A stretch of DNA of 64,000 bases. Origin: an uncultured Planctomycetaceae bacterium. GTDB taxonomy: Bacteria; Planctomycetota; Planctomycetia; Planctomycetales; Planctomycetaceae. Below the pieces are notes generated by a model, which was not told where the DNA came from, made no database searches, and worked only from the letters and a program-made list of their open reading frames with translations. Shown in pieces: positions 60,521 to 64,000 of this stretch. The DNA is taken from NCBI GenBank assembly GCA_963714075.1, contig OY970228.1, forward strand, positions 5,753,696 through 5,817,695, written 5' to 3'. Every line of letters starts with the position of its first letter. The first letter of the stretch is position 1. Both the position numbers and the translations under genes were made by a program.

Positions 60521-62759
60521 ATGGGCAACTGGACTGCGATCGCGCTTTCGATTTCGGCGGTGTTTGCCGCATCAGGCGCCGCGGGCGGCGCTGACCGGCC
60601 GGCGCATGAAGAAACGCTCGTCGATCACCAGCGCTTCAGCATCGAAGTTCCAGCAATAGTCCTCACTGACGTGCCCGTGCGGCGGATTGTCATCCGCGCC
60701 TACGATGCCGCCGGGAATCCAGACCTCTCGTACAACGAGCAGCCGCTGATCACGGGCATTCGCCTCGCGGTTCCGCAAAGCGACGATTCCAAGCTCGGCC
60801 CCTTTCACAACGGTGTGCTCGACCTGACGACGGATCAGCACGACGGGCGAAAGGTTTATATCTCGGGGCCCGAAATCGTCGTCGACGGGGGCGACCGCAA
60901 GTCGGTCACTCTGCAAGTGCCGCGCACGTTCCGTTGGCTGGCACTCGCGCCGGCGGCCGTCGCCTTGATGCTTTGTCTCTGGCCGCGGAACTTCGTACTG
61001 GCCATGTTCGTGGCCATCTGGTGCGGACTGGCCATCCTCGACGGAGGGAACCTGTTTCACGCCTTCGTCGAAACGATCGATTCGTTCGTGACGTTCGAAG
61101 GAGAGCAGCCGGGGACTCTCGGCGGGTCGCACCTCTCGATTCTCGCCGTGATGCTCTTTTTCGGCTCGCTGTTCGCGGTGCTGGCGGCAGGCGGCGGCCT
61201 CTCGGGATTGACCGACCGCCTGGCCAAGCGCGCGAACACTCGCGAGCGGGGCCAATTAGCCGTGCTGCTGTTCGGGATGTTCACTTTCCTGGACGACTAT
61301 GCCCACACGTTGATCGTCGGCAAGACCTTGCGTCCCTTGTCGGACCGCTTGAAGATTTCCCGAGAAAAACTCGCGTTCCTGGTCAATACGACGGCCGCTC
61401 CCGTCGCGGCTCTGGCGATCATCTCGACCTGGATCGCCGCTGAGCGGGGCACGCTCCGCGCGACGTTTGAAGATTTGGGAATCGTCGGCAGCCCTACGGC
61501 CACGCTCCTGGCCAGCTTGCCCTATTGCTTCTACCCAATCTTGATGCTGACCTTTGCGGCCCTGGTCATTTTTTTGGGTCGCGATTTTGGACCAATGTTC
61601 TACGCCGAACTGCGGGCCACATCGCAGGGTCATTTGAGTCGTCCAGACTTGTCCGACCCTGCCGTGCTTCCGCCTGTCGAACCCGACCCCCCCGGTGGAA
61701 CAAAGCTCGTTCGCAACGCGGTGATCCCTCTCGTTCTCTTGTTTGGTTTGGCGCTGCCGGACTCTGGTGGACTGGTCGTAGCGACCTGCTCGCACAAGCG
61801 GCGCCTGCGGCGCGGGCGAACCTGGGCTGCTCGATTGTCTCGAGCATTCCCATCCGCACCGCGTGATGTTCTTCAGTGCGTTCCTTGCGTCCATGGCCGC
61901 AGTCGTTTTGGCGGTTTGGTCCCGATCGATGAGCCTGCAGCAAGGGTTGAGCGCCTGGGTGTCGGGGCTGCAGCGAATGGTCCCCGCCGCGCTGATCCTC
62001 GTGCTTTCGTGGTCGTTTCATCGGGTCTGCGACGCCGACCACCTCAATACGGCTGGATTCCTGGCGGAACTCGGGCAGCCGCGCGTGACGGTCGAGTGGG
62101 TACCGCTCGTGGCATTCTTGACGGTCGGTCTGACGACCGCGACCTTGGGCAGCTCGTGGGCTGCCCTGGCGGTGACCTTGCCGACCTTTTTGTCGGTGAC
62201 GCATTCGCTGCTTGCCGACTTGAACGAGTCGGACCCGATACATCCTCTGTTCCTGGCGACGATCGGCGCTGTGATCGGCGGGACTGTGTTCGGCAGGCAC
62301 TGCTCGCCGATTTGTGACACCACGATTTTCTCGTCTGCCTCTTCCTCGTGCAGTCATCTCGACCACGTCTTCACCCAGTTGCCTTATGCGCTGACGGTGG
62401 CCGGGGTAGTCGCGCTTTTTGGCTATGCCCCCGTGGCCTACGGATACTCGCCAGTCCTGCTGCTTCCGGTGGCAACTCTGGTGCTGATCCTCCTCATTCA
62501 ATTCGGAGGACACCCCATCGCGCAGGGGGACGCGCCGGCAGAAGAGACGCCCGCGAAAAAATCCGACGACGGCGCGGACGGAGGGGCCCACGAAGGCTCG
62601 CCCCGTTCCGGCGAGGGCGCAAACCTGCAATCGCTGGCGCCCCAAAGCACTGAATGGCGATCCGCCCGCGTCCCGGTGTTGTTGGGGTTTTGCTCAATCT
62701 GCCGAACGCGCGGCCCGTCCGGGGCTCCTCTACACGGCAGCACGCTCAGGAACTGCTAG
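60521..62759 (+). CDS. NhaC-family Na+/H+ antiporter-like transporter with N-terminal extracytoplasmic domain, interrupted by two apparent 1-nt indels (~61776-61790 and ~61858-61866)
   Basis: ORFs 60521..62317, 61525..61866 and 61863..62759 (three frames) concatenate into one polytopic protein: ..IPLVLLFGLALPDSGGLVVAT|LLAQAAPAARANLGCSIVSSIPIRTA|VMFFSAFLASMAAVVLAVWS.. ; NhaC-like helices (..LAVLLFGMFTFLDDYAHTLIVGKTLRPLSD..). Confidence 0.6.
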
Positions 62760-62874
62760 TCCATGCCGGCGGGTCGCAGCGAGTCACTTGCCGACCCGGG
62801 CAGGGCGGGGCGTTTGGGTTGTATAATACGAAGCCCACCCTCAATCCTCCAAATGGCGCGAAAGACAGTCCGCG

Positions 62875-63903
62875 ATGGCACAATCGGAACGGCTGCGGGG
62901 GATTTTCACCCCGAATCTCGTCCCACTCGACGAAGACGGCGAAATCCAGGAATCGGAGCTGCGGCGTTACATCGACTGGCTGATCGAGCGCGGCGTCCAC
63001 GGCCTCTATCCCAACGGCTCGACCGGCGAATTCACTCGCTTTCGCGCCGACGAGCGGCGCCGGATTACCGAGATCATCGTCGATCAAACGCGCGGCCGAG
63101 TCCCGATTCTCGCCGGAGCGGCCGAAGCCAACGTCCAGGAAACGCTGCGTGCCTGTGAGCACTATGCGCGCTTGGGCGTCCGGGCCGTCGCGATCGTGGC
63201 GCCGTTTTATTACAAGCTGAGCCCCGCCGCGGTGTACGCGTACTTCAAAGAAATTGGACGCAACACGCCAGTCGACGTGACGCTCTACAACATCCCGATG
63301 TTCGCGAGCCCCATCGACGTCGACACGGTGCAGAGACTTTCGGAAGAGTGCGAACGGATCGTCGCGATTAAGGATTCGTCGGGCGACATTCCACACATGA
63401 TTCGCATGATCAAATCCGTGCGGCCGAACCGACCCGACTTTGCCTTCCTGACGGGATGGGACGCCGCGTTGATGCCAATGCTTTTAATCGGCTGCGACGG
63501 CGGCACGAACGCCAGCTCCGGGGTCGTTCCTGAATTGACCCGCCGACTTTACGACCTGACGCTCGCCGGCCAGCTCGATGCCGCGCGCAAGATTCAATAC
63601 GACCTGATCACGCTGTTTGACACGATGATCTATTCGGCCGAGTTTCCCGAAGGATTCCGCGCGGCTGTCGAGCTGCGCGGCTTCCACATGGGCGTCGGCC
63701 GCCAGCCGCTCTCACCCGAACAGAAAACCGATCTGTCGACGCTCAGCAAGACCTTGCAATGCTTGCTGGCGGAGCACGGCTTCACGAACGAGCCGGTTGG
63801 AGGCTGCCCCGCCGGCAGCGGAACCAACGGATTCGACCCGCGTCAGGTCAACGCCATCGTGCAGACCGTCGTCGCCGAACTGCGCCGGCGGGGACTGACT
63901 TAG
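62875..63903 (+). CDS. dihydrodipicolinate synthase/N-acetylneuraminate lyase (DapA) family class I aldolase
   Basis: 342 aa; ..[14 protein letters not shown].., Schiff-base Lys region ..[11 protein letters not shown].. typical of DapA-family lyases; substrate not assignable. Confidence 0.75.
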   Translation: MAQSERLRGIFTPNLVPLDEDGEIQESELRRYIDWLIERGVHGLYPNGSTGEFTRFRADERRRITEIIVDQTRGRVPILAGAAEANVQETLRACEHYARLGVRAVAIVAPFYYKLSPAAVYAYFKEIGRNTPVDVTLYNIPMFASPIDVDTVQRLSEECERIVAIKDSSGDIPHMIRMIKSVRPNRPDFAFLTGWDAALMPMLLIGCDGGTNASSGVVPELTRRLYDLTLAGQLDAARKIQYDLITLFDTMIYSAEFPEGFRAAVELRGFHMGVGRQPLSPEQKTDLSTLSKTLQCLLAEHGFTNEPVGGCPAGSGTNGFDPRQVNAIVQTVVAELRRRGLT

Positions 63904-64000
63904 ATTGGAACAGGATTTTTCACCACAAAGACACAAAGGCACCAAAAAAAACAGGTGAACAGGAGGTAACAGAGAAAATCAAAAGCGCTCCTCGTCTTTC

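Noticed and set aside
1-64000. CRISPR arrays, prophage or IS elements, toxin-antitoxin or defence islands
   Set aside because: No direct-repeat/spacer periodicity, no integrase, transposase, recombinase or phage structural genes, and no abrupt compositional island were seen. The window looks like conserved core chromosome.

Overview
This 64-kb window is GC-rich (roughly 60%+) and reads as gene-dense chromosomal core. It most resembles a Planctomycetota-like genome. That call is inference only, from a DUF1501 protein, many TPR proteins, a PMT/TMTC-like TPR protein, a tricorn-like protease, and long stop-free antisense ORFs typical of high GC.

Genes I could support, in order:
- A glycine-cleavage cluster, gcvH-gcvPA-gcvPB, followed by a lipoate ligase-like gene.
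- A minus-strand lipid-synthesis operon, rpmF-plsX-fabD-acpP-fabF. rpmF is 59 aa, missing from the ORF track, and was found by hand. fabH and fabG are absent from the operon.
- A cytochrome P450, a DUF1501 protein, an MFS transporter and mmsA.
- An S9 peptidase, acnA, a TMTC-like TPR membrane protein and an NYN/OST-HTH protein.
- rluA-family and sthA-like genes.
- Two overlapping flotillin-like SPFH paralogs.
- A degenerate KAS-like protein whose catalytic Cys is replaced.
- nusA-infB-rbfA.
- yebC, an RDD protein and ruvB.
- A CPBP protease and a tricorn-like protease.
- tpx and mnmG.
- A two-component pair (HTH-REC regulator plus sensorless kinase) followed by an NhaC-like transporter.
- A DapA-family lyase.

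No rRNA, tRNA, CRISPR array, transposase or integrase was found.

The most important technical observation: at least 8 otherwise intact genes are split by single-base frame changes at short homopolymer runs. They include the essential infB and nusA, so these are most likely assembly indel errors rather than biology.

Coordinates for starts I placed by hand may be off by 1-2 nt.
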